64,000 nucleotides of DNA, taken from NCBI GenBank assembly GCA_903846945.1, contig CAINCE010000073.1:13626-77625 (forward strand), read 5' to 3'. How positions within the stretch are numbered: the stretch's first letter is position 1; every line of letters starts with the position of its first letter. Under the pieces are notes generated by a model that was not told where the DNA came from, searched no databases, and saw only the letters and a program-made list of their open reading frames with translations. This document shows, piece after piece, positions 10,809 to 20,478 of this stretch. Made by a program: the position numbers and the translations under genes. The stretch is from an uncultured bacterium. GTDB taxonomy: Bacteria; Patescibacteriota; Minisyncoccia; Phycocordibacterales; PALSA-1337.

Positions 10809-11612
10809 ATGAAAATCATTTCTTGGAATGTAAATGGTATCCGTGCCGTTATAAAGAAAGGTTTATTTGCGCCATTTATCGAAAAATATCAGCCGGATAT
10901 TCTATGTCTCCAAGAAACCAAAGCGGAAAAGGGTCAGGTAGTCATAGACCTACCCGAATACTCAGAGTATTGGAATTCGGCTGTAAAGAAGGGTTATTCA
11001 GGTACAGCCATATTTACGAAGACGAAGCCAATCGATGTGATGAATGGCCTTCCAGATGATATCTGTGAGAAATATGACCTAGTCGCCGATGAATATGGTG
11101 ATCCTAGAACAGAAGGTCGTGTCATCGCTGCAGAGTTCGCTGATTTCTATGTAGTCACTGTCTATACTCCGAATGCCAAGGATGATCTTAGCCGTATTCC
11201 CCTTCGACACAACCAGTGGGACCCGGCGTTTCTGGCATATTGCCAGCAGTTGGAGGAGAAGAAACCTGTTATCTTCTGTGGTGACTTGAATGTTGCCCAT
11301 ACTCTGGATGACCTCGCTCGACCGAAGGAAAATGAAGGTTTGAAAGGATTTACGGCCGAAGAGCGCGAAGGGTTTGATAATTTTGTAAAAGCTGGCTTTG
11401 TAGATACATTCAGGATGTTCAACAAAGGCAACGGTCACTATTCCTGGTGGTCTCATTTCGCTAATGCTCGTGCTAGGAATATTGGCTGGAGGATAGATTA
11501 CATACTCGTCTCTGCTGCATTGAAAGACAGAGTGAAGTCGGCAGCTATTTACCCTGAAGTACTAGGTTCAGATCATTGCCCGGTGGAGGTGGTCGTAGAA
11601 TTGATAGTTTAA
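10809..11612 (+). CDS. xth: Exodeoxyribonuclease III
   Basis: MKIISWNVNGIRA, LQETK, GDLNVAH, GWRIDY, SDHCP. Confidence 0.95.
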   Translation: MKIISWNVNGIRAVIKKGLFAPFIEKYQPDILCLQETKAEKGQVVIDLPEYSEYWNSAVKKGYSGTAIFTKTKPIDVMNGLPDDICEKYDLVADEYGDPRTEGRVIAAEFADFYVVTVYTPNAKDDLSRIPLRHNQWDPAFLAYCQQLEEKKPVIFCGDLNVAHTLDDLARPKENEGLKGFTAEEREGFDNFVKAGFVDTFRMFNKGNGHYSWWSHFANARARNIGWRIDYILVSAALKDRVKSAAIYPEVLGSDHCPVEVVVELIV

Positions 11613-11686
11613 TTTATTTCCAGGTGCATAGAATAAAACCCACCAAAGCTAGAGCTATTGAGCTCTGCATTGATGGGTCGATGTCA

Positions 11687-12010
11687 CTACTTCTTGAGCT
11701 CCATTGGTTTGTGACCAAGTGCGCGATCTGTTCCCAAGCTTGCTTCTATAAACTTGCGGAAACTGTCCTTTGGTATCTGAAACATTGCACGTATCATTGG
11801 GGCTGTCTTTTCCATGTAAAGATTCGATGTGGAAACCTGTAGTATGAGTGCCAGCTTCTTGAAATGAACCTCTGGCAATTCTCCGCGTTGTTCGGCTTTT
11901 TGAAGTGCAAGCCTAGTAACACCTATAGCAAATGCAATATCTGCTTGGGTAAGGCCGAGCTCCACTCTTCTATCTTTCAAGAAGGATGTTGGGTATTTAA
12001 TTTTTGGCAT
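11687..12010 (-). CDS. XRE-family HTH protein
   Basis: LKDRRVELGLTQADIAFAIGVTR..E.RG. Confidence 0.7.
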   Translation of the reverse strand: MPKIKYPTSFLKDRRVELGLTQADIAFAIGVTRLALQKAEQRGELPEVHFKKLALILQVSTSNLYMEKTAPMIRAMFQIPKDSFRKFIEASLGTDRALGHKPMELKK

Positions 12011-12612
12011 AAAACGTAGAACGATTTTTGGTCAGTTGGCTGAATCTGTCTCGTACGCTAACATAACGACACTATATTGTCAAACGTTACGTAATGATTT
12101 ATTGTATCGAAAAGGCCGCGAATGGACCGAGAAATGGTGCAATACGCGGCCTACTTGTGAAGCTGCGAAGAACGAAAGAGCAATGAGGCAGACCGCCTCG
12201 TTTTTGATTCCAAAATGGCGGAATCAATGTCATCTGGGACTGTTCCTTTTATAAGGTGTCAGTGTGCAGTATTCTTCTATAGATTGGCTGTCCGGAAGGA
12301 CGCCTTGAAATTTGTGAAAGAAAATGCAGTGACATATCCTCAGCAACAGAGCGATGAGAAAAAATGTTCTTCACGGCTTCTAACTAACCCGTACTAGTGT
12401 GAAGCCTACCCATAAGTTGTGTAAAGAACATTTAACTTGTTTCGATTGTGAGAACAATATTTCCGAAAAAATTTTCAGAGACATTATTCTCACAATCACC
12501 TCGGATAACAAATTGAATCTGGGATAAGTATATGTCCTTTATAAATGTCTGTAAAGGACATGCCTGTGGATAACTTTTTTTATAAAGGACACAATGTAAT
12601 ACACATACATGG

Positions 12613-12632
12613 ATTCCCGCGTAGGCGGGAAT
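12613..12632. repeat. ATTCCC-N8-GGGAAT palindrome (REP/dRS3-like)
   Basis: attcccgcgtaggcgggaat(gaca) just downstream of cca. Confidence 0.55.
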
Positions 12633-12653
12633 GACAAGCCAAAGGACGCAATG

Positions 12654-14141
12654 CTAATTTACATTGTGTTTACTATGTATTTCGGAGATGAGTTTTTCTT
12701 CTTCTAACTCTTTTCTTTCTTTTCCCTTCTCGGACAATGCTCGCAAATCGGTTTCGGAAAGAGAATTCATTTCTTTTGTGCGCTTGGTTAGGTATTCTTC
12801 TGTATTCAATTTCGGATCGTCCAAAACCTCTTCTAGTAGTGCACTCAAGATCATCCCGATCTTTGGTCCAGGGGTTATGTTGAGAACCTGCATGATTCCC
12901 TTCCCATCAATCTTCAACATAGTCACAGATACTGGATCCATGAGAGCTTGATCTATCATCGCCTTGTATTTGCGTAGTCTGAATGGGTTTTCCTTGGGTC
13001 TACCAGTGCCTATGCGGTCACAAGCCCTCAGATTCATCAGGTCCCAGATGTTTTCACGGCCAACATTGACCACCATACGACGGACCGCGGAAAGACTAAT
13101 CATTGCTGTATCAGCGAAAAACATATGCCAACGCACGAGTTTAGTCACTTTTTCGATGGTTACACGTGAAAACTTCATTCTTTCGAGGATTTTACGTGTT
13201 TCACGTGAACCAACTACTTCGTGGCCGTAAAACGTCGGTTGCTGTGTTTCACGTGAAAAACCCTTTGTCTGTGGCTTTGCAATATCATGAAATAGAGCCG
13301 CCAAACGGATTTCTAGGTCCCATTTACGGTCTGCGGCATGCTGGACACTACGGATGAGGTGGTTCCAGACGTCATATGTGTGAGCTTGTGGCTGTTCGAC
13401 CCCAATTCCCCTCTCGAGTTCTGGAACGATGTATTGTAATAGGCCAGCGTCATGTAACATCAAGAGTCCATTCATAGGACTGTCGGACGTGATGATCTTG
13501 GTGAATTCATCACGAACTCGCTCTACCGAGACACCTTTTATGAACGAGTTCTGGCTCTGTATAGCCTTCATGGTATCTCTGTTACACGTGAAATCTAATT
13601 CTACAGCGAGTCGGATGGCACGCATCATGCGTAGGGCGTCCTCGTTGAAGCGGTCACGAGGCGCACCTACTGTTCTGATAGATTTGTCCTTTATGTCTGC
13701 AAATCCTCCGTATAAGTCGATTATGTCCTTTATAGCCCCATTGGAAAGAGACACCGCGATCGCATTTACTGTAAAGTCGCGTCTCATGAGATCGTCCTCT
13801 ATTTTGTCGCTAAAGTTCACTACATCTGGATGTCTGCGGTCTGAATACCCTTTTTCCATACGATATGGTGTGACTTCGATGTTTTTCAGTGTTTTTTCTT
13901 CAGTTTCCTCATTTATCACGCAAACCGTTCCAAAAGTGTTCTCGTATACAGTTTTTACGAATAATGCCTGGATCTGCTCTGGTTTTGCGTTGGTCGTAAC
14001 ATCCCAGTCTTTTGGCGCTCTACCTAAGAATAGATCACGAACGCATCCTCCGACGAGATAAGCCTGAAAACCGCCCTTTTCAAGGGTTTCCACGACAGTG
14101 ATGACTTCGGATGGAATTGTACTGCTTTTTACGGCTTTCAT
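12654..14141 (-). CDS. cca: CCA tRNA nucleotidyltransferase with HD domain
   Basis: VGGCVRD..KDWDVTT, DLMRRDFTVNA, RFNEDALRMMR, ALFHDIAKP. Confidence 0.92.
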   Translation of the reverse strand: MKAVKSSTIPSEVITVVETLEKGGFQAYLVGGCVRDLFLGRAPKDWDVTTNAKPEQIQALFVKTVYENTFGTVCVINEETEEKTLKNIEVTPYRMEKGYSDRRHPDVVNFSDKIEDDLMRRDFTVNAIAVSLSNGAIKDIIDLYGGFADIKDKSIRTVGAPRDRFNEDALRMMRAIRLAVELDFTCNRDTMKAIQSQNSFIKGVSVERVRDEFTKIITSDSPMNGLLMLHDAGLLQYIVPELERGIGVEQPQAHTYDVWNHLIRSVQHAADRKWDLEIRLAALFHDIAKPQTKGFSRETQQPTFYGHEVVGSRETRKILERMKFSRVTIEKVTKLVRWHMFFADTAMISLSAVRRMVVNVGRENIWDLMNLRACDRIGTGRPKENPFRLRKYKAMIDQALMDPVSVTMLKIDGKGIMQVLNITPGPKIGMILSALLEEVLDDPKLNTEEYLTKRTKEMNSLSETDLRALSEKGKERKELEEEKLISEIHSKHNVN

Positions 14142-14219
14142 AGCATTATTCTACAATAATTTGGGATTTTTTCCAATGTGCGCTATGATTTACTCGTTCT
14201 GCATTTGTCGCGCATATAT

Positions 14220-14291
14220 GCCCTCGTGGTGAAATGGATATCATTACTGTCTTCGGAACAGTCGTTGGGGGTTCGAATCCCTCCGGGGGCA
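14220..14291 (+). tRNA. tRNA-Arg(TCG)
   Basis: Cloverleaf; anticodon stem actgt/acagt with loop cttcgga; GTTCGAATC T-arm. Confidence 0.93.
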
Positions 14292-14471
14292 CAAATCAAT
14301 AGGTCCGCTAGCGAGCCAACTGCTTGGCTCGCGTCTATGGATTCGAAAAGTCTGAGCATATTTCCAGCCATTTGGGTGGCTGGAAATGCGAAGACTGTAC
14401 CGTTCCCGTAGGGAAAGAATCCCGTAAGGAGGCGGGGTCGCAGGCGAGCATAGCAATGCGAGACCTGTGAC

Positions 14472-14490
14472 CGAATCCCTCCGGGGGCAC
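14472..14490 (+). repeat. Duplicated tRNA-Arg 3' end
   Basis: cgaatccctccgggggcac is identical to 14274-14292. Confidence 0.85.
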
Positions 14491-14787
14491 CAAAGGCCAC
14501 TTCTTGTTTCCTAATTCGCTTTGCTCATAAGGAAACAATAGACTTGTCCCGTAATAAGCAGATTTTGAATGATTCATGGCTATGTTAAGCCACATATTGA
14601 TAATTCTTAAAATTTGTCAATTTTACGGCTAAGGTAAGCCCTGATAAGTGGTTTTTTCCTTATTAGGGGACTTGTCTAATGTCGGGCACCCATTTCTTTC
14701 ACGTGAAACATCGAATCACTAGGTTTCATAATATGGCCCAATTATTCCCTCTTGAAAGTGAACAACTGCTAGTATATAATACAAGGC

Positions 14788-15525
14788 ATGCGAAAAGATA
14801 GAGAACAAGCTACAGTCCTTAGGAAGTCTGGGATGTCTTACTCAGACATCATTGCTCGTATGAGTGTACCTAGGAGTACTTTGTCGAAGTGGTTCCATGA
14901 CCAGAAGTGGTCAAATGATATCGCAATAGAAAGTGCTACTAGGGCAAGGAATAGTGGGGCGATCAGGTTCGCTGTTTTGAACACGGTTCGAAAGGGTCGT
15001 CTAGATAATCTACGCAAACAGGCGAGGCAAGATGCATTGCTAGATTTCGAGGATTTGAAATATCATCCACTATTTCTCGCTGGAGTTATGGCGTACTGGA
15101 TGCATGGTGATATAAAGTCCCCAAATAGGGTAAGTTACTCGAGTACTGATCCTGACAAGATCAGACTATTCAAATCGTTCCTAGAGAAGATCTGTGGCAT
15201 TGAGAAGCCTAAGGTGTGGATCAACCTCCCGAGAGGGAATTTAACATTTTTGGCAGAGTCATTTTGGGCAGAAAAGTGCAGTATGAGTGTGGATGACCTT
15301 GGAAAAACTATGATTTCTGGCGGATTTGATGGTTTTCCCAGTGGAAACACAACGATTTCAACTGATTCAAAGAGACAAAGGGTCATAAAGATGGGGAATA
15401 ATCACGGAGTTTGCAATATGGTTGTAAATAGTGCATACTTGAAAAATAAATTTTTGAAATGGGTGGAACTTTTGAAGGATGATCTGCTGAATGAGAGGTA
15501 TTTGAACGATGTTTCACAAATTTAG
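14788..15525 (+). CDS. HTH plus degenerate LAGLIDADG-like protein
   Basis: N-terminal LRKSGMSYSDI..VPRSTLSKW HTH; LAGVMAYWMHG helix followed by STDP. Confidence 0.55.
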   Translation: MRKDREQATVLRKSGMSYSDIIARMSVPRSTLSKWFHDQKWSNDIAIESATRARNSGAIRFAVLNTVRKGRLDNLRKQARQDALLDFEDLKYHPLFLAGVMAYWMHGDIKSPNRVSYSSTDPDKIRLFKSFLEKICGIEKPKVWINLPRGNLTFLAESFWAEKCSMSVDDLGKTMISGGFDGFPSGNTTISTDSKRQRVIKMGNNHGVCNMVVNSAYLKNKFLKWVELLKDDLLNERYLNDVSQI

Positions 15526-15578
15526 ACACGGTTCGTAGTGTAGTGTGTGAAAATCGAGTTCGAGAGTTGAAAATTCAT

Positions 15579-15649
15579 GCGGGTATAGTTTAATGGTAGG
15601 ACGCGTCCTTGCCAAGGACGAGTTGGGAGTTCGATTCTCCCTACCCGCA
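15579..15649 (+). tRNA. tRNA-Gly(GCC)
   Basis: Cloverleaf; cgtcc-ttgccaa-ggacg anticodon arm. Confidence 0.93.
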
Positions 15650-15801
15650 CAATGATTCGTGAGCAGGCATGTTATGCCTGCGAATGGAACATCATTGAGA
15701 CGAGGGAGGGAGAAGCGAACGCCGGAGCGTGCGAGGCTAGTAAGCCGAGCCGCGAGGCGGTGCCCAGACCGAACGAGCGGGTAGCGAGTGAGAGTCGCGG
15801 G

Positions 15802-15820
15802 CGATTCTCCCTACCCGCAC
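15802..15820 (+). repeat. Duplicated tRNA-Gly 3' end
   Basis: cgattctccctacccgcac is identical to 15632-15650. Confidence 0.85.
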
Positions 15821-16100
15821 TACTTCGCAAATCAGCTAATCGCTGATTTGCTTCGAAGTGCAGGCACAATGATTCGTGAGGAATAGATGTCCTAAATAAA
15901 TGGCTTAAATTCGTGGAGTAAGGGACAGAACTGTGGATAAGTCTGTGGATAGTGTGTATAAGAGACGAATAGTATGGCTTATTATCGTCTTTTAGGTATT
16001 TTTATGCACCGCCTGCAAGCTAGCGAAGGAAAGGGATATTGGATAGTATGGCTTTATTGCAGAGCATTGAGCAATTACAAATTAATAGACCTTCAAAGTC

Positions 16101-16478
16101 ATGAGTACAAGATCAAAAGGAAATATCGGGGAAAATGTCGCTTGCATATTCCTTGAGAAAAGGGGATTCAAGATCGCTGTGAGGAATTATATGAAGAAAT
16201 GGGGTGAAATAGATATTATTGCTATAAAAGACAAAGTAGTCCATTTCTTTGAAGTAAAGAGTGTGACTTTTAACCCTGTGCATGACTCTGTATCTCATAA
16301 AGCTGAGGATAATGTTCACGGATTCAAAGTTAGACAGATCCGTAGGATGGTCGAGACATTCCTAGAAGAGACGAACAGGGGACTCGATGCGGAGTTTCAT
16401 TTTCATGTATTGTGTGTGTATTTGAACATGGAGACTAGGGGCGCGCGAGTGAAATGGATCAAGGATTTGGTTCTCTGA
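16101..16478 (+). CDS. YraN family (UPF0102) protein
   Basis: GNIGENVA..FL..RN..KWGEIDII..FFEVK. Confidence 0.88.
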   Translation: MSTRSKGNIGENVACIFLEKRGFKIAVRNYMKKWGEIDIIAIKDKVVHFFEVKSVTFNPVHDSVSHKAEDNVHGFKVRQIRRMVETFLEETNRGLDAEFHFHVLCVYLNMETRGARVKWIKDLVL

Positions 16479-16570
16479 TTAGATAGCATGTCGGTTTGTC
16501 GGGCTCAATGAAGAATATTCAAACGGAAATAATTTGTAGAATCGCTATAGTGTGCTAACATGACAACATT

Positions 16571-16643
16571 CGGGGCGTGGTGTAACGGCTAACATGCCTC
16601 TTTTGGGAAGAGGTGACTCCGGGTTCGAATCCCGGCGCCCCGA
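16571..16643 (+). tRNA. tRNA-Pro(TGG)
   Basis: cggggcg/cgccccg acceptor stem; cctct-tttggga-agagg anticodon arm. Confidence 0.93.
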
Positions 16644-16747
16644 CAAGGTAGATAATGTAAAATTGAACTTCCTCCACACTCTCCTACGCCCCCTCCGTCG
16701 CCGAGGCTATGGAGGGCAAGAAGGCTTCGGAGGGCAAGAAAATCAAA

Positions 16748-17230
16748 ATGGAAAGCTATAAAAAAATAATAAATTTCTTCGATAAGTTTGAGGATAGAGT
16801 TCGCGGACAGTTGAGTCGCTTTCCGATTCTGTACACTTTTATCGGTGGTATTGCCATCGTCTTGTTCTGGAGAGGTGTTTGGCATACGGCGGATATATTA
16901 CAGGCACAAGGAGGTATTTTAGGATGGCTGTTCTACGAACCGATAAACATGTTGATCGTTCTTGTCATATTGCTCGCTACAGGATTGTTCGTTTCATATT
17001 TCATCGGTGATACGATACTCATGAGCGGACTCAAGGGAGAGAAGAAGGCGACAGAGAGGACTGAGAGGGAGATCAAGGAAGAGGAAAAACAGATCCAGGA
17101 GGAAGAGGTGCAGATCAAGCAAGAACAGAAAGAACTGAAAGAAATAAAGGCGTCGATCAGTGACATGAAAGCGGAAGTTGATGAGATCAAGGAGATCGTG
17201 GAGAATGTCGAAAATCAGCATCACAAATAG
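16748..17230 (+). CDS. Membrane protein with C-terminal coiled coil
   Basis: Two TM segments then an E/K-rich coil; start moved to ATG 16748. Confidence 0.75.
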   Translation: MESYKKIINFFDKFEDRVRGQLSRFPILYTFIGGIAIVLFWRGVWHTADILQAQGGILGWLFYEPINMLIVLVILLATGLFVSYFIGDTILMSGLKGEKKATERTEREIKEEEKQIQEEEVQIKQEQKELKEIKASISDMKAEVDEIKEIVENVENQHHK

Positions 17231-17342
17231 ATTTGGTCCCTTACTAATTCGAGGATATTTTGAAATTACAAAAGACTTCGTGGCCAGTCTTGTTACAACG
17301 CAAAATTATTGCTAGCATTGACTTTGCTCTCAAACAAAACAT

Positions 17343-17413
17343 GCGGGATTAGTTAAATGGTATAATAACAGTTTTCCAAACTGTGGTTGGGAGTTCGATT
17401 CTCCCATCCCGCA
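17343..17413 (+). tRNA. tRNA-Gly(TCC)
   Basis: gcgggat/atcccgc acceptor stem; acagt-tttccaa-actgt anticodon arm. Confidence 0.92.
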
Positions 17414-17497
17414 CTATCTAAATCGTATTTAAAATTTGAATACAAAAAAGCCGATCCTGATGACCGGTTTGCGTCTCAGCTTTCGTAAGCCCATGAA

Positions 17498-17929
17498 CTA
17501 TTGACTCGATTTTAACCACACCCTCCTCATCGTGGACCTCGTCTTTTTAAGAAACGGGTGCCACCTCATGATTTGTTGGCAGAGTTCCATTCGCCATATC
17601 CGGATGGTGCACTCATCGACATAGTCGCGCCCTGAAGGGAACAGGTGTTCGATGAGAGAGTGTTTTCGAAACTCGAAGAACGCATCACTCATCTCGATTG
17701 GCTCAACACCAGATCGTGGTAATCTCAATTTACGCACACACTTAGGTGTTATGTGCCACATATTTTTGCGTCGCTTTACTAAGCTCAAGATCTTCCGCCA
17801 CGCGCTGTGTGCCATGGGCATCATTCCCTCATCATGGGCTGTAATACATAGTAGTTTGATGAGATCATTCAACGATGGGTCATTGACCCCCATTTTCACC
17901 CTATCTCTGTATTTTTTTGTTTGCTTCAT
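17498..17929 (-). CDS. Hypothetical protein
   Basis: 143-aa ATG ORF; no recognisable motif. Confidence 0.5.
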   Translation of the reverse strand: MKQTKKYRDRVKMGVNDPSLNDLIKLLCITAHDEGMMPMAHSAWRKILSLVKRRKNMWHITPKCVRKLRLPRSGVEPIEMSDAFFEFRKHSLIEHLFPSGRDYVDECTIRIWRMELCQQIMRWHPFLKKTRSTMRRVWLKSSQ

Positions 17930-18108
17930 AATCTGATGAACAAACTAACATATAAGGTGTTGTCGAGTAAAGGCGTAGATATACAAACAAAAAACCACCA
18001 TTACGGTGGTCTCTCGTTCTGCCTACCACGGCAGTATGGTCGATAGCAATCAGCAAAGCCATATGGCGAAGCTGGATTGTGTAAATAGCCCCGAGGAGCG
18101 AAGTATCC

Positions 18109-18381
18109 TTATTTTACTGCGTCCTTGAGTGCCTTTGCGGCGCGGAACTTTGGAACCTTCATAGCAGGGACCTTTATGGCCTCACCTGTACGAGGATTGC
18201 GAGCTTCACGAGCTGCACGCTGCTTTACTGAAAAGATACCGAGACCTGCGATAGAAACTTCCTCACCCTTCTTTAGAGAGTCGATGATGCTATTTACTAC
18301 TGTATCGACTGCCTGCTCTGCCTGAACTTTCGTTCCTGCGAGAACTCCATGAACTGCTTCTACTATTGCTGCTTTGTTCAT
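18109..18381 (-). CDS. hup: DNA-binding protein HU
   Basis: MNKAAIVEAV..GLGIFSVKQRAAREARNPRTGEAIKVPA..PKFRAAKALKDAV; start moved to 18381. Confidence 0.96.
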   Translation of the reverse strand: MNKAAIVEAVHGVLAGTKVQAEQAVDTVVNSIIDSLKKGEEVSIAGLGIFSVKQRAAREARNPRTGEAIKVPAMKVPKFRAAKALKDAVK

Positions 18382-18577
18382 TGTTTTTTTGTTATTAATT
18401 AATAATTCGACTAATTGTTGGTCTCGGCCCGCCGCTCTCACAGCGGAGCGAGTCATTACCATGTGCTCTATTATATAGTAAGCCATATAATAGGCAATGG
18501 GGTATAAATGTGGATGGCTATTACGACACGAAAGTAGGTGAGTGGCAAAAGAGGGGAAATAATTATATTTCACGTAT

Positions 18578-19351
18578 CTAATACGTATCTTTTATCGAAT
18601 CAAACATGAAATCAAACATCTTTTCGAACGTTTCGCGTACGGATGCGTTTTCTATGATGGTGATGATAAGTCCACTTTTGAAGTCTGTTATCGACACTTT
18701 GTCTCCGTAAATGATGATTTGTGCTGGGATATAGAAACCATCTGGTATAGTTTTGCGTGTGACGTTGCGGGCCTTGTCTTTCTTTATCAATACGTCCATA
18801 GGAACATCCTCTCTCTTTGGGCCGATGAGTTTTACTTTGATGCCAATTTTCGCTTGTTTTTCGATGTGGGCGCGTAATATCGATGCGGTATCGATATCTT
18901 TGTGATCAAGTAAAGATCTTATCAGTTTTATATCTTTACCTTCGGCTAATATGTCATTATACATTTCCTTTAGTCCATCTGACCCTTCCAGGAATTGAAT
19001 GTTCGGTTTACCAGAAAGCAGGTTAAATTTGGAAGATAGTAAGCCAAATGAATCGTTAAATACAATGTTTGCTTGATCACTTGTTTGCTTTTCTTCTTCT
19101 AGGATGATCTTGATCCTGTTTGGGTGAACAGGGAAGAACATAGATATCTTTCCAACATCATCTCGCTTGGTAATGATACCCTTTTCGACCAGTTGAGCTA
19201 GAACTTTGTAGCAAAGTGCCCGGCCCAGGTTCGTTTTTGTCGAAATAACTCTGGCATTGCATAGTCCATTTTCAAGCAGAAATAAATATATCTTTGACTG
19301 CTCTCTAGTCAGTCCTATGTCGACAAGTGTTTTTTCATCATAGTTTGTCAT
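18578..19351 (-). CDS. TrmB-family transcriptional regulator (copy 1)
   Basis: GLTREQSKIYLFLLENG..wHTH; KPNIQFLEG..; C-terminal IIIYGDKVSI..IIEN effector domain. Confidence 0.85.
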   Translation of the reverse strand: MTNYDEKTLVDIGLTREQSKIYLFLLENGLCNARVISTKTNLGRALCYKVLAQLVEKGIITKRDDVGKISMFFPVHPNRIKIILEEEKQTSDQANIVFNDSFGLLSSKFNLLSGKPNIQFLEGSDGLKEMYNDILAEGKDIKLIRSLLDHKDIDTASILRAHIEKQAKIGIKVKLIGPKREDVPMDVLIKKDKARNVTRKTIPDGFYIPAQIIIYGDKVSITDFKSGLIITIIENASVRETFEKMFDFMFDSIKDTY

Positions 19352-19442
19352 GAGTGTGTAACAGATTAGCTAATGATAATGCTCATATTTCAGTACTGTA
19401 TCACAATATAAGGAATATTGCACGCATTTAGGTCAATGAGGG

Positions 19443-19470
19443 TTGACAAATTCTGTCATCGTGCTATAAA
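19443..19470 (+). promoter_or_regulatory. sigma70 promoter of the left small-gene array
   Basis: TTGACA-16-TATAAA with an extended -10 TG. Confidence 0.7.
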
Positions 19471-19581
19471 TATGCACAGAAACGGTGGATATGGGATGAG
19501 TATTTACTCGCCGCTATCGTTTGACAATTTAGGGGCATTATATAGGTGGCCCATCAAACTACCAGTTCGGAAAGAAAAGTT

Positions 19582-19965
19582 ATGAAGAAATTCGTTTTTA
19601 TTATGCAGCATACTCCCACTGCTGAACAGGTTACAAGGGCTAGTGAGTCCGGCCAGGTGGTTGAACTCTCGGACAAGAAGTTGCTGTTGGTGCCAGATGA
19701 CCTGTATCTCGATTACGCGTGGTTCGTAAGTCGGGCTGCAGATATTGTTGCGGCGGTCGGCGGCATCTGCCCCGGGGATACGGTACAGGTCATGGGCCAG
19801 CAGCAGTTGGCGATGGTCGTAAACGCCCATGCGCGGAGTTGTGGTGCGGAGCTGGTGGAGTCGGTGACTCCACGGACTTCGAAGGAGGTCCACCAGCCGG
19901 ACGGCACGGTAAAGAAGGAGACGGTATTCTCCTTTGCTGGATTTCGGAAACTCCACAACTACTAG
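19582..19965 (+). CDS. Csx20-like protein (putative ring nuclease fold), copy 1
   Basis: MKKFVFIMQHTPTAEQ..GD.V.V.G..ESVTPR.S.E..QPDGTVKKETVF.F.GFR resembles the Csx20 family pattern as recalled; not searched. Confidence 0.6.
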   Translation: MKKFVFIMQHTPTAEQVTRASESGQVVELSDKKLLLVPDDLYLDYAWFVSRAADIVAAVGGICPGDTVQVMGQQQLAMVVNAHARSCGAELVESVTPRTSKEVHQPDGTVKKETVFSFAGFRKLHNY

Positions 19966-20022
19966 TTTGTGGACAGGTTGAAAGACCTGAAAAAACTTTC
20001 CTCCACGCATTGAGTCAATGCG

Positions 20023-20075
20023 TTGCTTCTCGGAATGTGTATTCCGACTGATGAGTCTGAAAGGACGAAAAGCAA
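20023..20075 (+). ncRNA. Hammerhead ribozyme type III (HHR1)
   Basis: ttgct-TC^-tcggaat gtgt attccga-CTGATGA-gtct gaaa ggac-GAAA-agcaa; predicted cut after 20029. Confidence 0.92.
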
Positions 20076-20153
20076 AATTCAGGACTTTAATATATTGGTT
20101 ACATACAATATTCTTCATAGTAACTTGGCGATATCATTTGTCGACAGCTTACT

Positions 20154-20342
20154 ATGAAGAAAGTCGTAGACTCCATCAGTGCAGCAGCTGCTGAAAAAGC
20201 AGCTGAGGCGACGAAGGAAGTACTCAGTGGGTTCAAGCCTGCTGAGAGGCTTCTCCTAGTCGGTCTCGCACTGATCGGACTCGCCATCATTTCTGCAGAT
20301 GGCGAGAAAGAAAAGCAGAAGGGTTCTAGGAAATCCCACTAA
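20154..20342 (+). CDS. Small hypothetical protein with one hydrophobic helix
   Basis: 62-aa ORF filling the space between HHR1 and HHR2. Confidence 0.6.
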   Translation: MKKVVDSISAAAAEKAAEATKEVLSGFKPAERLLLVGLALIGLAIISADGEKEKQKGSRKSH

Positions 20343-20370
20343 ACACGCTCGTATTCCTAGATACGAGCAA

Positions 20371-20418
20371 CTGTCTCGGAATATCGTTCCGACTGATGAG
20401 TCTGAAAAGACGAAACAG
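20371..20418 (+). ncRNA. Hammerhead ribozyme type III (HHR2)
   Basis: ctg-TC^-tcggaa tatcg ttccga-CTGATGA-gtct gaaa agac-GAAA-cag; predicted cut after 20375. Confidence 0.92.
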
Positions 20419-20478
20419 AGTAGTTCTTCACATATTGTATTCATGTAGCTTGCGTCTATATCCTTGGTCGCAGACTAC

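Larger units (their letters stand above)
13158..14710. promoter_or_regulatory. Cluster of five parS-like sites
   Basis: Near matches to TGTTTCACGTGAAACA at 13158, 13197, 13245, 13580 and 14695. Confidence 0.65.

Noticed and set aside
12036-12397. Short + strand ORFs divergent from the XRE gene
   Set aside because: Overlapping 60-72 aa ORFs without motifs; coding status cannot be supported
19504-20118. 204-aa - strand ORF, and similar shadow ORFs such as 24373..24930, 22853..23455, 41036..41806 and 3150..3821
   Set aside because: Antisense to better-supported genes or running across structured RNAs; no recognisable motifs
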